NCBI GenBank assembly: GCA_051942205.1 | Contig: JAVECO010000051.1 | Coordinates: 62,001 to 126,000, forward strand | Direction: 5' to 3' | DNA from: Coniocarpon cinnabarinum | Taxonomy: Eukaryota | DNA: 64,000 nt | In this document: piece after piece, positions 24,290 through 35,815 of the stretch | Position numbering within the stretch: position 1 is the stretch's first letter | Layout: every line of letters begins with the position of its first letter | Position numbers and translations under genes: made by a program | The notes under the pieces: model-generated | The model's database searches: none | What the model saw: the letters and a program-made list of their open reading frames with translations, nothing else | What the model was told of the DNA's origin: nothing

Positions 24290-24472
24290 CCCACACATTC
24301 TCACCCACACACCTAATGACACGCACACACCCGGACACATACTCATCCACTCACACACTCGGCCACTCACCCACTCAAAATCGTTCACACACCTGCGCAC
24401 ATTCACAAATACACCCATCTATATATACACACCCCCCCACACTCATCCACACACGACACCAATTCACACCAC
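24290..24472 (+). repeat. CA-rich low-complexity tract upstream of the sugar transporter
   Basis: About 180 bp of imperfect CACAC/ACACAC/CACCC runs with very few G. Confidence 0.7.
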
Positions 24473-24911
24473 CCAAAGCGCGCAGGAGCTTTCTCCGCCA
24501 CGCGATGCGGAGTCGCGCTCGATGTGTCAAAGGCATACCTTCGCCCGACCAGGATCACACCCAATCCCCATCCGACGCCTGCAAAGCATCGCCTGCGCCG
24601 CCCTGACCCGAACCGATATCCCCATGCCCCTTCCCAACACGGCATGCGGCTAACGGTCGCTGTCAGAGCTGCTGGCCCACGATGGCTCCACATGGGTCTT
24701 GTCAAGCTTTCATCGATCCGCCTTCTTAATCTCTCCTACTGCCCTCCACCTGAACGCTTTCCACCTGCCCCTGCACCTTCTCTCCCGCTCCACTACCGCC
24801 TCCTCTCCTCCACGCTCGCGACGTGCGCGCTGCTGTCTGCTTCACCTTCTTCGCAACTGCGTGCTCCGCGTTGCTGCCGATACTGCCAGGGACTGTGACA
24901 GCTCGCCCAGG

Positions 24912-26653
24912 ATGGGGAAGCAATTCTACGGTCTCAAGGGCTCTGCCCTCAACTGGACCATTGGCATTATCGCCGGTCTGGACTTTCTGTGAGTTTGTCA
25001 CACGCGGTCAATCGCGCCCACTTGGCTAACGGGCTTGCAGTCTCTTCGGCTATGACCAGGGTGTGATGGGAGGTCTGCTGGACCTGCCCGTCTTCTACAC
25101 CGTCTTCCCAGACATCAACACACATCTCGAGACCAACACACCCGACCCGGCTCTCAATGCGCAGAGAGCCGCAACCAACAATCAGCACTCTACCTACCAG
25201 GGTATGTAGCCTGCACGACCCTATAGCTTGCGTAGCCTCTAATCGCGTTGCAGGTATTTCCGTCGCTGCTTACAACGTTGGATGCTTCCTGGGTGCAGTG
25301 CTTACGATCTGGGTCGGTAACTATTTGGGTCGCAAGAAGACCATCTTCGTCGGTTCCATCATCATGACCGTCGGCGCCACGCTTCAGTGCACCGCGTTTC
25401 AGCTTCCTCACTTCATCGTCGGCCGTATCGTCACTGGTATTGGCAACGGTATGAACACTTCTACCGTGCCCACCTGGCAATCGGAAACGTCCAAGTCCCA
25501 CCGTCGCGGTCAGCTTGTCATGATTGAAGGCGCCCTGATTACCGGTGGTATCATGATTTCTTACTGGATCGACTTTGGCATGTCTTTTGTCGCACCCAAC
25601 CAAGCTGCTTGGCGATTCCCGATCGCCTTCCAAATCGTATTCGCTTTGATCATTTTCGCTACCATTCTCGGCCTTCCTGAGTCGCCTCGCTGGCTCATCC
25701 TCAAGGGCCGCGAAGATGAAGCATTCGAAGTGCTGGAAGCTCTCAACGAGCTTCCTCGTGACGACCCTTACATTCAAAACGAGTTCACTGCCATCAAGGA
25801 GACCGTCATTGAGATGTCCAAGGGCTCTTTCCGCGACCTTTTCACGATGGACGAGAATCGACATTTGCACCGCACAGCATTGGCGTACATCAACCAGATG
25901 TTCCAACAGATTTCCGGTATCAATCTCATCACCTACTACGCCGCCACCATCTACCAGAACAGTCTTGGCTTCACCGGTCTCATCTCTCGACTGGTGGCCG
26001 CTTGCAACGGAACTGAGTACTTTATGGCTTCATGGATTGCGGTCTTCACGGTCGAAAAGGTCGGTCGTCGCAAGCTCATGCTTGTCGGCGCGGCCGGCAT
26101 GTCCTTGTCCATGGTCGTTCTCGCTGTGTCCACGTCTTTTGAGAACCAGACAGGCCCGGGTGCCGTGGCTGCTGCGTTCCTCTTCATCTTCAACACTTTC
26201 TTCGCCATTGGATGGTTGGGCATGACCTGGTTGTACCCGGCCGAGATTGTGCCCCTGCGCATCCGCGCTCCAGCCAACGCCCTTTCCACATCGGCCAACT
26301 GGCTCTTCAACTTCATGGTCGTTATGATCACGCCTGTCGCCTTTGCCAACATCGGCTATCAGACATACATCATCTTCGCTGTCATCAACGCCGCCATCTT
26401 CCCATTCACGTACTTCTTCTTCCCCGAGACGCGCCTGCGTAGCTTGGAAGAGATGGACTCCATCTTCCTCAAGACCACCAACTGGTTCAACTGCGTCAGC
26501 ATCGCCCGCGAAGAGCCCCACCGATACGACAAGGATGGTAACCTGGTCATCAAGTACGACGAGACCGACGACGCGGCTTTGCGTCGGCACAGTGTCGTCA
26601 GCACCCGCAAGAACAGCACGACTGTTGACGAGAAGGGCGACGCCTCCAGCTGA
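24912..26653 (+). CDS. MFS sugar porter, STL1-like (glycerol/sugar-H+ symporter)
   Basis: ATG 24912, two introns; LFGYDQGVMGGLL, LGRKKTI, VPTWQSETSKSHRRG, WRFPIAFQ, LPESPRWL, FQQISGINLITYY, WLGMTWLYPAE, FPET..RSLEEMD. Strong C-ending codon bias. Confidence 0.92.
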
Positions 26654-27396
26654 GGTGCTGATGTTGCATCAGGTGTTGGGTAGACGTCCCTGTTGGGTGG
26701 GGATCTTGTTCTAGGTTTGGCTTGATGAGTTGGTTTCAGAGATATACCCAGCGCACATACTGGGCTGGACAGTCTATAGATGTGTAGTCTAGGTCGGCCT
26801 ATAAGGTCACAGCATTTCTTGGGTGTAATACCAAGGCCCGAAAGGGTTTACAGATTCTGATTTACCGTCTTTCCATCCGACTCTTGCTGCCCACGTTTCA
26901 AGCAATTGGGTGTTCCGCCTCTCACCATCGTGACGACCATTTAACAGTCTTCCAATAATTTTGTTCCACGTGCTATCAGAAGACACGCCAATGACTTGAC
27001 CTTTGCCACTTACCACAGGGATTATTGCCTGAAATATGAGGTGCCTTTCCATATCCTGCCGAGGTAAAATGGCTGGACTGGATATTATGCGGGACACCAT
27101 CCCTGCTCTGGGTGAAGAGCGTTTACTGATCTCTTGCTATCCATGGATGCTTCATTTGAGCAAGGTATAGTATCTAAGGATGCAGTTTTATACGCCGAGT
27201 GAAACGGTATGAGCTGGGCTAGAAGCTTAGATACAACACCAAGATCAAGATATGCATTAGTGCATCTACGCCGCAGGTAAAATAATTTGGAGAAGGGCCG
27301 TAACGCGAAATCTCACTGAGATACTTCACCACGACGCTGTTCAGGATACTGTAAAACACAAGCTTGAATTGCTTCCCTCTGAACATCACAGCTAAA

Positions 27397-29115
27397 ATGC
27401 CATCCACCCGAACTCAAACGCACATCCACACCCACCCCGACCTCGGATGCCTCCAAGGAACGCAACACCTCCACCCTCAAACGAATCATTCCCTCTGTCA
27501 ATCTTACACTTCAATCCCCTACGCCCTCCCACCCCGTCGCTTCCGCCGTGCAACCGCCCTTCCAAGAAACCATCACTACGGCACGCCCTCCCATCCTTAC
27601 GACGCCACAGCCCCATGCCCAGTGTCACCTCAACCCGCCTTCCCCGGCACTGTCGCTAGCCCAGACGAATCGTCACAAAGTGAAAACTGCCTCAATCTCT
27701 CTGTCTACGTGCCCTCCTCTCCAGCGCCAAAAGAAGGCTGGCCCATTTTAATCTTCATTCACGGGGGATGGCTGCAGATTGGTACTCCTAACAGTATCGA
27801 TCCCGTTGCGCTGTTGGGTCGAGGCATTTTCCGGGGAATTGTCATCGCGCCTGCTTATCGGCTGAATGTTTTTGGGTTCCTGGCTGCGAGACAGCTGCAG
27901 AGAACGAGTGTGGATCGGAGTGTGGGGAATCTGGGGTTCTGGGATCAACGACTGGCGATTGAGTGGGTTGTACGATATGGTGACTCTTTTGGAGGGAACG
28001 TGAATGAGGTTACGGTTGCGGGATATAGTGCCGGGGCTCATAGCGCGTTTCAGCAGTTGGCGCATGAGCTTTACTACGTCCCTCACAGTCAGCGGATTAT
28101 TAAAAGAGTGGTGATGCACTCGAATGGACCGGGTCCGCAGGCTAAATCGTTGGAATTGGCGCAGGGACAGTTCGATGAGGTGTGTCACTACCTTGGCGTT
28201 GATACGACCAAAAGTGACGAAGAGGTTGTCAAGGAACTTGAGGATATGTCGATGACACGACTCAATCAAGCAGCCCGCAATATCAATATGACAGAATTCC
28301 GCGCCGTGACCGATGGTCACTTCATCAATCCCAATCTTTTCGAGGACATCCTCTCCGGCTCCTTCGCCCGCCGCGTCGATGCAGCAGGGGTTCAACTTCT
28401 CATCGGCGAATGCCGCGACGAGCGCCACATCTACGCCGCATGGCGCCCGCCCACTGAAGATACCCTATCCTCACTACAAACCCGCCTCTACGCCGATTAC
28501 AATCCCGCCATCATCGACGCACTCCTGAGAGAGCACTACACACCCTCTTCCCGCCTCCAAAAATCAAGTCTCCACCCCTCTGAGTCCGTGGATGTAAAAA
28601 CCTGGCACCAAATCTTCGGCGCGATTTACGCTGATCTCCAAGTCCACGCGTTACAACGCGGGTTCCTTTCCGGGTTTGAGAAGGCGCTAGGACGCAGAGC
28701 AGGAGAGGTGGTGAAGCGCTATCGCATTGAGTGGAGAGCTAGTGTGGTCTCAGGACGGTTCCCTGAGGAATGGGGCGTCACGCATGGAACGGACATGGCT
28801 ATTTGGCTGTTTGGGAATGGGATGGGCGACCGGACTCATGGACTGGAGGGGAGGGATGAGGAAGTGGTCAGAGCGACTGTTGAGCCCGTGATGCGCTGGA
28901 TTGAAGGCCGTCCCTGGAGGAATGGCACAACATCGACAGAAGATGGAAGTGGCTTCACGAAATGGAATACGGGGAGTATTAAACAAGCCCGACGTCTCAG
29001 AAGTGACGGCACGATTGACGTATGGCATGACATCGACTGGAATCGAGGTATCAAAGTCTGTGAGCTGATTGGGAAGGCGCAGAAAAACGCCGAAAAGCCG
29101 CGCGCGAGGTTATGA
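27397..29115 (+). CDS. Carboxylesterase type B (alpha/beta hydrolase), possible PTS1 (ARL)
   Basis: SENCLNLSVYVP, FIHGGWLQIG oxyanion hole, YRLNVFGFL, GNLGFWDQRLA, nucleophile GYSAG, VTHGTD; intronless. Confidence 0.92.
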   Translation: MPSTRTQTHIHTHPDLGCLQGTQHLHPQTNHSLCQSYTSIPYALPPRRFRRATALPRNHHYGTPSHPYDATAPCPVSPQPAFPGTVASPDESSQSENCLNLSVYVPSSPAPKEGWPILIFIHGGWLQIGTPNSIDPVALLGRGIFRGIVIAPAYRLNVFGFLAARQLQRTSVDRSVGNLGFWDQRLAIEWVVRYGDSFGGNVNEVTVAGYSAGAHSAFQQLAHELYYVPHSQRIIKRVVMHSNGPGPQAKSLELAQGQFDEVCHYLGVDTTKSDEEVVKELEDMSMTRLNQAARNINMTEFRAVTDGHFINPNLFEDILSGSFARRVDAAGVQLLIGECRDERHIYAAWRPPTEDTLSSLQTRLYADYNPAIIDALLREHYTPSSRLQKSSLHPSESVDVKTWHQIFGAIYADLQVHALQRGFLSGFEKALGRRAGEVVKRYRIEWRASVVSGRFPEEWGVTHGTDMAIWLFGNGMGDRTHGLEGRDEEVVRATVEPVMRWIEGRPWRNGTTSTEDGSGFTKWNTGSIKQARRLRSDGTIDVWHDIDWNRGIKVCELIGKAQKNAEKPRARL

Positions 29116-29981
29116 TGTCAAAAGTCGCGCCAAGATGTCAGTTCGAGCCGTACGCTGCCGCGAAGAGCTTCTGCGATTCGCGCTTTTGCAAGGAATGGGA
29201 CGAGTCCTTGTTTTTTTGCTCCATGACTGCGGGGGAGCTTGAGAGAGAAGATGAGGTCATGGATGAGGCAGTGTGCCATTCCTACGGCCAGATTGAATTT
29301 TTGGAATGGGGACCGCAACGATACCTGCATATCAATGTGCAACATGCACGCTCTTCTGTTGATGTAATCATTCTTCGAGATGAGTGGACGAACTCATGTG
29401 TGGAGTTGGGTTCTGTCCATCTGTCAGAAAGGGCCTGTTGTCAGGCACAGACAGGAGCTATGTCTTGTCTTTACTCAAGAGTTTCGAAAGAGCTGGGAAT
29501 GAGCTGAATGGAGTGGATCGAATGGAGTGGACCGACTATACCAGCGGATTGGTCGTTTAATGAGATATCTCTCGATTCCAGCATGACTACGCTTTTACTA
29601 GTGTCTAGTATCTTATCCTTGAGTGCGACGACTCACAGGTCAAAATGTCCGAACATGGTATCAACAACAACAACAACAAAGTATGACCATATGTCTCGCA
29701 CTCGTCCGCTTATGACGCTATCTACTGAAAAAGACAATATGTAATGGGGTAGCTTTTCCAAGTTATTAATTTTAGAGACGTTAAGTTATATAGGGTTTTG
29801 CGAATATTGCATGTGATGTGAAGTACGGCTATAGGAATTTAAATCGGATAATCTGTAATCGGAGCTGAACAATCATCACGCATGGTCACGGGTACATCAT
29901 AGGATACTAAATCCCGCTCGGCTGTCAGTGCAGCCGATAAGTCTACTTCCAACACTGCTATTGCAAGCAACGCTGTCGCGC

Positions 29982-30108
29982 ACAACCATTGATTAATGAT
30001 CACAACCAATGATTACAACCAATGATTACAACCAATGAACACAACCAATGATCACAACCAATGATTACAACAATGACTACAACCAATATTTACAACCAAT
30101 GATTACAA
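29982..30108 (+). repeat. 13-bp tandem repeat ACAACCAATGATT, 8 adjacent copies plus one upstream
   Basis: Units start at 30002, 30015, 30028, 30041, 30054, 30067 (12 bp), 30079 and 30092; variant copy at 29982. Confidence 0.95.
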
Positions 30109-31004
30109 ACTGCAAGAAAATCAGGACGCAAGAGTTCCACCATCGAGCGATACAATCAAACCCCACGGAAGAAGATCGATCATAGGTGTGAAAAGCGAGC
30201 TAATTCAGCATCACGTTCAAGACGAAACGAAAAAGCACGAGAGAAGCGTTAATCGCACAGTGAGGACAAAAGGGCATGCACTAGAGAAAAAGGCAAAGAA
30301 AAGCACAGAGCTGGAATAGCCACGAGACGGAGGACAGAAAAAGACACGGCACCTCAGGAACCGAGGATCCACAGTTACAGAAAAAGGATCGACGCAAAGA
30401 AGCGACTAGCTTGCACTCGTCTTGAACTGAGATTTTTTAGTTCTGCTCGTCTCTTGTCTCTTTTTTGGCGCTCGTCGCTCTGAACACGTATTCCGCTGCT
30501 GATATTCTCGATATAATGCATGAGTGATGCGTATGTCTCAATGCTTGCACTGAAATAGCCAAGTCTAGGACGGAGATTGGAGCTATTGCGATTTTGTAGT
30601 GAAGTAGATTGAAAATATGAGATTCCGAGGTGTGTGAATTGTAAAGCTGGGTGAGGTTAGAGCTGAACTCGATGCCGGAGCTGCCATAGATGCTAGAGTT
30701 AGAAAAGATGCTAGAGCTGAGACGACATCTCAGCGTTCAGCTGACAAGAGCATCAGTCGTGAAATCACCGAGCCAGCAAGAGGGGCAACCAGCTCGTGCC
30801 TGTACTCTCCACCGCATCGTTGCATCCGTGTCCACATCCACGGCCCCATCCCCATCCCACACGACGATATCCAAACGCGCCACCCAGTCCCACTGCCACT
30901 TCATAAACCACATCGCGCCGGGGACCTCACCTCACAGACCGCACCCCGATCAACAACGCCTTACAGATCCCATTCTGCACACCCAAACGAACCACCCTCG
31001 ATCT

Positions 31005-34000
31005 CTAAACCCGTCGCGCCGTCCAACCTACTTTTAGCACTCGACTCATCCCCAAAAGAACCGCAGCCATCAGCATGATGACACCCGCAAAAATCTGCAA
31101 CCCCAAATACGCACGTCTTGCCTTTCCAGCATCGCTCCCCACATTCAGAATATCCTTCTCTCGGACCAGCATGCCGGCGATGGGATTACCTGTCAGACAG
31201 GCGAAACTGATAGCCAGGAAGATTGTTCCTTGTTTCAGACCGGGATTTTCATTCGCATTCGCATTCGTCATCTGAGCTCTGGCATCTTCCAACTCGCTCT
31301 GACGTTTTGCAGCAGGATATCCACTGCTGGCGTGTTTATGAGAGTGTTTGTTAGAGTTGTGCGTGCTATCACTCCAGCACACACCCTTGATAGCGGCATT
31401 AAACAAAGCCACCACGCCGCCAACGCTAAGTCCATACCCCACACACACAACCCACAGAGCCGTCTCATTCGCGCTCGAAATCCACGCCAAACTGAAGATG
31501 GCAGAGAACAAACAAGAGGGGATCATGGTGTTTAAGGGACCGAAAAACGCATCAGAGAGGATGCCGGGAACGAGTCGTCCGATGAACATGGCGCCGCTGA
31601 GGGAGATCAGGAGATTAGCGGTTTGCGGGCCGGAAAGGTGGAGCGTTTGCAGTGCGTAGATTGGAAGATAGGTGAGGAGTGTGTACACGGACCAGAAGGC
31701 GAAGAAGACGCCGAGGGTGAGTGTGAGATATGCGGGTTCCTTCAGGAAATGCCATGTATATCTCTGTTTTGCTTCTTTTTCTGAGTTTGAAGTGGGTGAG
31801 TAGTTGGAAGTCTCGCGTCTATGCCTCGGGACGCGTAGACGGAAGACAGCAACCGGTGGCAGAATTACACAAAGCGTCAGAAGCGCAAGGACCCGCAGTG
31901 TCCACGCAAAGCCGATGCGAACCACAAGTCTGATAAAAACAGCTGTATACACCATTGTCCCCGCGGCACTGCCCGCTGCCGCCACTGCCAGGGCTTTGCC
32001 TGTGTGAACGGCGAACCAGTCAAGGACGCAAACGGCGCCCGCTGAGAAAATAAGACCCATTCCACTGCCCGTGACGAGACCTTGAGCAAGGACAAAATGC
32101 CAGTACTGCGTACAGAAGCTGGTGATGAAGATGCCGAGCACGAGGAGGAAAGCGCCCGTGAACGTGAAAACGCGGAAATGGCCGCGATCGGTGAGATAGC
32201 CGACGGGCTGGCCCATGAAGTAGAAGAGGAATATTTGGAGAGAGCCGATCCATGCGATGGCTGAGAGTGATTGCGTGGGGAGGAAGATGGCCTTGTAATA
32301 CGCCGCGAAGATGCCGAAGGAGTTCTGAAGCCCGCCTGTTGCAAATGTGCCGAAGAAAGCCATAATGGCGATGAGCCAGGCATGTAGACCGTGATCTGGT
32401 GCTCGGATTGCTGAGTAAGGCAAGGCATAGTAGTGCTTTGGCGTGACGGGAGTCCGCTCGGGAGTAGTCTGAAAGGATGGCTGGTAAGAACGGACCGAGC
32501 GTATTGAGATTTGCCGCGACAGCTCAGGTTTGCCGAGTGTCTGCGTCAGAGGGACGGAGAACCCGGGGTTGAACTTAGGAGAGAACGATGTGACGTGGTG
32601 GTGAGCATGGCGGTGGATGGGGTGAAATCGAGAAAGAACCCAGCTGAGATGGGCGCTGTGGCGAGATGACGATCTGGACGTCCCTCTCGCGCTGAAAGCG
32701 TCTCTTTTCGCACTGGCTGCATTTGGTGTCATAATTGAGCAGTCACATCTCGCGCCCGAAGGAGCTCTCCCGCTTTGTGATGAAGCCCTGCTTATGTTCA
32801 TCGAGACTCTGCACACAGACAGTGATCTACACCTCGACATTGAGCTCCGTGCCGCGGAAAATCTGGAAAGTAGCGAGATATTGTCGGAATTCAGAAGCTG
32901 TAAGATGTCTCGAGTATGTTGCTGAAACTCAAGATCCGAGGACGCACGTCCGAAGCTCGGCCTCGACTTGTGCATGAGCGGTGGTGGGAGCAGATCATGC
33001 TCAGCTGGAATAGGCGGCAAAGGTGGCAATTCTTCGTCAGAGAAGCGACGCCATTTGGGTGTTGTGAAAGGAGTATGCTCATTGACAACGCAGCTCGGAT
33101 GCTTGACGCTGGAGGCTCTCGAGATTGAGAGTGGAAAATTGAGTAACTCACCCTCATCTGAAGATTCTATACTAGGAAAGGAATAGGGCACTATCAAAGA
33201 CCTCTCTTGTTGCACAATATGGTTGCAATCGCTTATCGTATCATGTGCGGGGGATGTAGCCGTCGCAAGGCTCTTGATATCCGGTGCCACATCTGCAGAG
33301 ACAGAGCCTGGTCGGTAGATCAGTGCAGGAAGTGTTTCGAGCATTCGCGGAGTCCGTGGACCGCTCAAGGATATTCTCGCGCGTCCAACATCTTCGGCTT
33401 CTGGCGCTTCCGAAGGCTCACAGTCATCGACAGCTGGTTTGAAACGTTTGGGCGCAATGTAGACCGTCGACACTTTGTTTAGGTAAGGATTGCTCGGAAA
33501 TATCAGCCTGTGACGCTGAGGGTCTCCTGGGGATGAATGAGGGCCTGAAGGAGCAGTGGACTGATCCGTCGAGAACCGCGTCCCATTTGTCCCACACTCA
33601 TCAGCCGATGTGATGTAGTTCGATGAGCCATAAGTGTCTGAACTTGAAGGACTCTGCACATGGATGGCAATTTGGTTCGGGTTTGATTCGTCATGCTGAC
33701 CGGTACTTAGACGATCTTGCGTGCCATCGGCGTCGTCTTGCGGGATCTTCAAGCTGCTCAATGACCCTATATAGCCAGCATGTTCATCATGTGCTGCGTC
33801 TGGCCAAATACCATCTAGGTACTGCGCCAGAACCTCATGGGCATAGTAAGCACATGTGCCTTTCTCTGCCTCTTGACACGACCGACAGAAGACTTCACGC
33901 TCAGGCTTCGTCCGGGGAGACGTCACATGCGAGGTAATGGAAGTGTTAGAGTTATGAGCGGATTGATTGTCAATCAGCCGCTCTGAGCTTGGCAAGGATT

Positions 34001-34085
34001 CAAGAGTGTGCAACGAGATGAGCCTTTCACCGGGTTGGAGAGGTCGGAGGAGGGAGTTTGTGTCATCGTCCGCTCGTTCAGTCAT
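31005..34085 (-). CDS. MFS monocarboxylate-transporter-like (Mch/MCT) protein with a long disordered N-terminus
   Basis: 1026-aa ORF; APDHGLHAWL..GLQNSFGIF..IAWIGSLQ..GYLTDRG..LAQGLVTGSGMGL..GRLVPGILSDAFFGPLN; about 12 hydrophobic segments in the C-terminal ~460 aa. Confidence 0.85.
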   Translation of the reverse strand: MTERADDDTNSLLRPLQPGERLISLHTLESLPSSERLIDNQSAHNSNTSITSHVTSPRTKPEREVFCRSCQEAEKGTCAYYAHEVLAQYLDGIWPDAAHDEHAGYIGSLSSLKIPQDDADGTQDRLSTGQHDESNPNQIAIHVQSPSSSDTYGSSNYITSADECGTNGTRFSTDQSTAPSGPHSSPGDPQRHRLIFPSNPYLNKVSTVYIAPKRFKPAVDDCEPSEAPEAEDVGRARISLSGPRTPRMLETLPALIYRPGSVSADVAPDIKSLATATSPAHDTISDCNHIVQQERSLIVPYSFPSIESSDEGELLNFPLSISRASSVKHPSCVVNEHTPFTTPKWRRFSDEELPPLPPIPAEHDLLPPPLMHKSRPSFGRASSDLEFQQHTRDILQLLNSDNISLLSRFSAARSSMSRCRSLSVCRVSMNISRASSQSGRAPSGARCDCSIMTPNAASAKRDAFSARGTSRSSSRHSAHLSWVLSRFHPIHRHAHHHVTSFSPKFNPGFSVPLTQTLGKPELSRQISIRSVRSYQPSFQTTPERTPVTPKHYYALPYSAIRAPDHGLHAWLIAIMAFFGTFATGGLQNSFGIFAAYYKAIFLPTQSLSAIAWIGSLQIFLFYFMGQPVGYLTDRGHFRVFTFTGAFLLVLGIFITSFCTQYWHFVLAQGLVTGSGMGLIFSAGAVCVLDWFAVHTGKALAVAAAGSAAGTMVYTAVFIRLVVRIGFAWTLRVLALLTLCVILPPVAVFRLRVPRHRRETSNYSPTSNSEKEAKQRYTWHFLKEPAYLTLTLGVFFAFWSVYTLLTYLPIYALQTLHLSGPQTANLLISLSGAMFIGRLVPGILSDAFFGPLNTMIPSCLFSAIFSLAWISSANETALWVVCVGYGLSVGGVVALFNAAIKGVCWSDSTHNSNKHSHKHASSGYPAAKRQSELEDARAQMTNANANENPGLKQGTIFLAISFACLTGNPIAGMLVREKDILNVGSDAGKARRAYLGLQIFAGVIMLMAAVLLGMSRVLKVGWTARRV

Positions 34086-34645
34086 CTTGTTTCAAAGCTG
34101 ACGAATCGATTGCGACAGTCAAAGCTGCTACGAGCAGACAGCTAGATAAGCACTGGAGGAAATAGGAGGGATGGCTCCATGTTCGTGAGAGCAAGTGCTC
34201 ACTTGTTCGAGAGAAGGTAAGACGCTGACCCAACATGGCTATCACCGGCACCGACATCGCGGAGCTGAGTGGCACGAGGACCACGTCGCAAGCGAGGACC
34301 CAATCGTCTTGAGGTTTCGTGGGCAGCTGACTTGACGGATTTTTATTGATTCTTGCGGTGATGGTGATGAAAAGCGTTGTCCGGCGTGATGCGGTCTTCC
34401 AGTGCTAGAACCGGTTACGGCTGTGAATGGCTTCCTTTTGCACAAGGCGTTGCAAGCTGTGCGAGTTTCACGGCAACTCGCCGGAAGACAATGTCAATCG
34501 CTCGTAAAATGAGTTTTGAACTTTCTGTCTATTTGTTGCGCCTCAACAAGTGACGCTGAGGCTTATGTAAATATGTAAAGACAAGCAGAAATGCCGTCGC
34601 GATGCGTAAACAAAAAATCATCTTGACCTCTGGATGCAGACAGGC

Positions 34646-35458
34646 CTAGAAAATACCATTGACAATGTTGCTGCCAATGGTCGCGCCAGCCCCGAAGATG
34701 GCTGCGTTGCCCTAAATTGCATTAGCGCGGGAAAAACAAACGACATGGCGTGACTTACCATTTTCTTCCCAAACTTCTTGCCGCCTTGTTCGAATTTGCT
34801 CTTCTGTGCGGGATCTGCTGGAGCCGAGCCACCACTTTGGCTGACATCCATGGGCATGTTGCCATAGTTTGTGCTCGAATTGGCTCGACCGGGCATCTGC
34901 GGCGCTGCATTCTTCTCGACCTCAACATAAGAGCGTGGGAAGATACCCTCTTCACCGGTCCTCTCTGAGCGACCTTTCCACCACTCAGCGTTCATGTATT
35001 CTGTGACAGCGATCCTGTCACGAGCCTGTAGTTCAAGATCGCCTGCATCACTTGGCTTGTAAGCGTACAACGCATTAGCGTAAGTCAGCACTGCCGCAGG
35101 AGGGGCTGGTGCAGAAGGGTATGCTGGTGGTGGCTGTTGGATATCGGACGGCGCAGGCGATGTGTATCCATTTTTCTTCTCATTCGAGTAATCGTTGCCA
35201 TTGACGCTTAAGCCTCCTAATCTTTGGGCGATTGGTTCAGTGGAGAGAGGAATGGGCGCGTGCATCTGTTGCTCGACTGGGAGTTGGGCAAGAATAGACG
35301 AGAGTGTCTCGTTGTTCATAACCGATGCATCGGTGAGGAATGCGAGCTCCTGCGCGGGTGTCAATACCTCGATAAGCTGTTCATTGGGTGTTACATACAG
35401 CTTTGATGGTGCGGATGGAACGATTAGTCTGCGCTTGGGCTAATTCGTTGGAGGCCAT
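34646..35458 (-). CDS. SH3-domain protein, Pin3/Lsb1-like
   Basis: ATG 35458, two introns; PPPAY motif, SH3 (ALYAYKPSDAGDL..EWWKGR..GIFPRSYV); spliced C-terminus KKFGKKMGNAAIFGAGATIGSNIVNGIF typical of Pin3/Lsb1. Confidence 0.9.
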
Positions 35459-35815
35459 CTTGTTGATCAGCTTAGGCGAGCAGTATCAAGACTTGTAAAA
35501 GTGCTATTGGTTGTGCCGCTGCGGTTCAATTTTGGAGCGCGCAAGGAGAGAAGTCAACCGGAAGAACTATTGATTAAGTGTGCACGGTGTGCTATCCGAT
35601 AGTGAGGATTCTGAAACGTCTTCATAAACGTTGAGGCGCAGCTTCAAGGGTGCGTAGGGCTGACTGCTCTGAAACGACACCTACCTAGGGTCGGACCCAT
35701 CATGACACGTGACTTGAAGCCTAGGAAATGAGACCAAAGGACTTCGAGAGTAATGTACCTTGCTTGATAGAGCTCGTGGTATTCGTTACTATTCTATGGT
35801 CTAAGCACATAGATC

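Noticed and set aside
23732..24898. Many overlapping 100-220 aa ORFs on both strands
   Set aside because: Arise from GC-rich and CA-rich low-complexity DNA; mostly non-ATG starts and no domain signal.
25190..26619. Minus-strand ORFs of 238 and 186 aa over the sugar transporter
   Set aside because: Antisense shadows caused by strong C-ending codon bias.
26807..27100. 97-aa minus-strand ORF between transporter and esterase
   Set aside because: No motif and no supportable splice model; cannot be distinguished from chance.
29982..30108. Repeat as pheromone precursor or telomeric repeat
   Set aside because: The 13-bp unit breaks frame, there are no KR-flanked peptides, and it does not resemble TTAGGG.
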